Assembly (NCBI GenBank): GCA_965214405.1 | Contig: OZ243956.1 | Span: 2,944,001-3,008,000, forward strand | Direction of reading: 5' to 3' | Length of the DNA: 64,000 nucleotides | Origin: Trueperaceae bacterium | GTDB taxonomy: Bacteria; Deinococcota; Deinococci; Deinococcales; Trueperaceae | In this document: positions 63,578-64,000 of the stretch, piece after piece | How positions within the stretch are numbered: position 1 is the first letter of the stretch | Layout: every line of letters begins with the position of its first letter | The notes under the pieces: generated by a model | Told to the model about the DNA's origin: nothing | Database searches by the model: none | What the model saw: the letters and a program-made list of their open reading frames with translations, nothing else | Program-made: the position numbers and the translations under genes

Positions 63578-64000
63578 GTGGTTACTCAAGCCCCCAAACT
63601 CGCGCCACGTGCTACAGAGGTTCGCAAGCGTTTGCGGCAACTCCGCAAACATCCCGAAGTTATCGTCGGCGCTGTTGTCGTCGTCGCCTGGTTGCTGCTG
63701 GCTTTGCTAGCGCCAATCATAGCGCCGTTCGACCCGCTCGAGCAGCACGTCAAAGACCGCCTGCAAGCGCCCAACGAAACCTATCTCTTGGGTTCGGACG
63801 AACTCGGGCGGGACATTTTCAGCCGGGTTCTTTACGGGGGGCGCATCACCATCCCGGCAGGCTTGGCCGTCGTCCTCATCGACGGGTTTATCGGCTGGCT
63901 CATCGGCGCGGTGGCGGGCTTTTTGGGCGGCGTCTGGGACGAAATCTTGATGCGCCTGACCGAACTTTTTATGGCCTTTCCGACCATCATCTTGGCAATG
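63578..64000 (+). CDS. Peptide ABC permease (DppC/OppC-like), runs off window
   Basis: LGSDELGRDIFSRVLYGGR and MRLTELFMAFP; start approximate. Confidence 0.88.
   Translation, partial: MVTQAPKLAPRATEVRKRLRQLRKHPEVIVGAVVVVAWLLLALLAPIIAPFDPLEQHVKDRLQAPNETYLLGSDELGRDIFSRVLYGGRITIPAGLAVVLIDGFIGWLIGAVAGFLGGVWDEILMRLTELFMAFPTIILAM

Overview
GC-rich bacterial chromosomal segment, most likely Deinococcota (Truepera-like). This is inferred from a CrtO/CruF/CruC/CruD carotenoid cluster and many apparently leaderless genes (TAnnnT about 5-7 nt before ATG). Housekeeping content: trpS with a Trp-rich leader-peptide attenuator, a carotenoid cluster, galE, ilvE, purC-purS, sucCD, mog, mrpA-G with other cation antiporters, and a dpp/opp-type ABC operon. 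The main finding lies between the convergent purS and sucD genes (26.5-32.2 kb). Five different toxin-antitoxin modules and a disrupted HEPN-motif gene sit in an array, separated by a conserved ~49-bp repeat (5 full copies plus 1 half site). The repeat has two inverted 10-bp GGCTCGAGCC-like boxes, and cassette stop codons abut or overlap them. It looks like an integron-style cassette array, but there is no attC consensus and no integrase in the window. The box core CTCGAG is strongly over-represented across the window, like cyanobacterial HIP1. Other items: an IS4-family element with TIRs and a 9-bp TSD, an IS6 remnant, a decaying sugar-uptake operon, a yybP-ykoY riboswitch before a terC remnant, and several unexplained intergenic repeat arrays. 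All calls come from reading the sequence by eye; no database searches were run.
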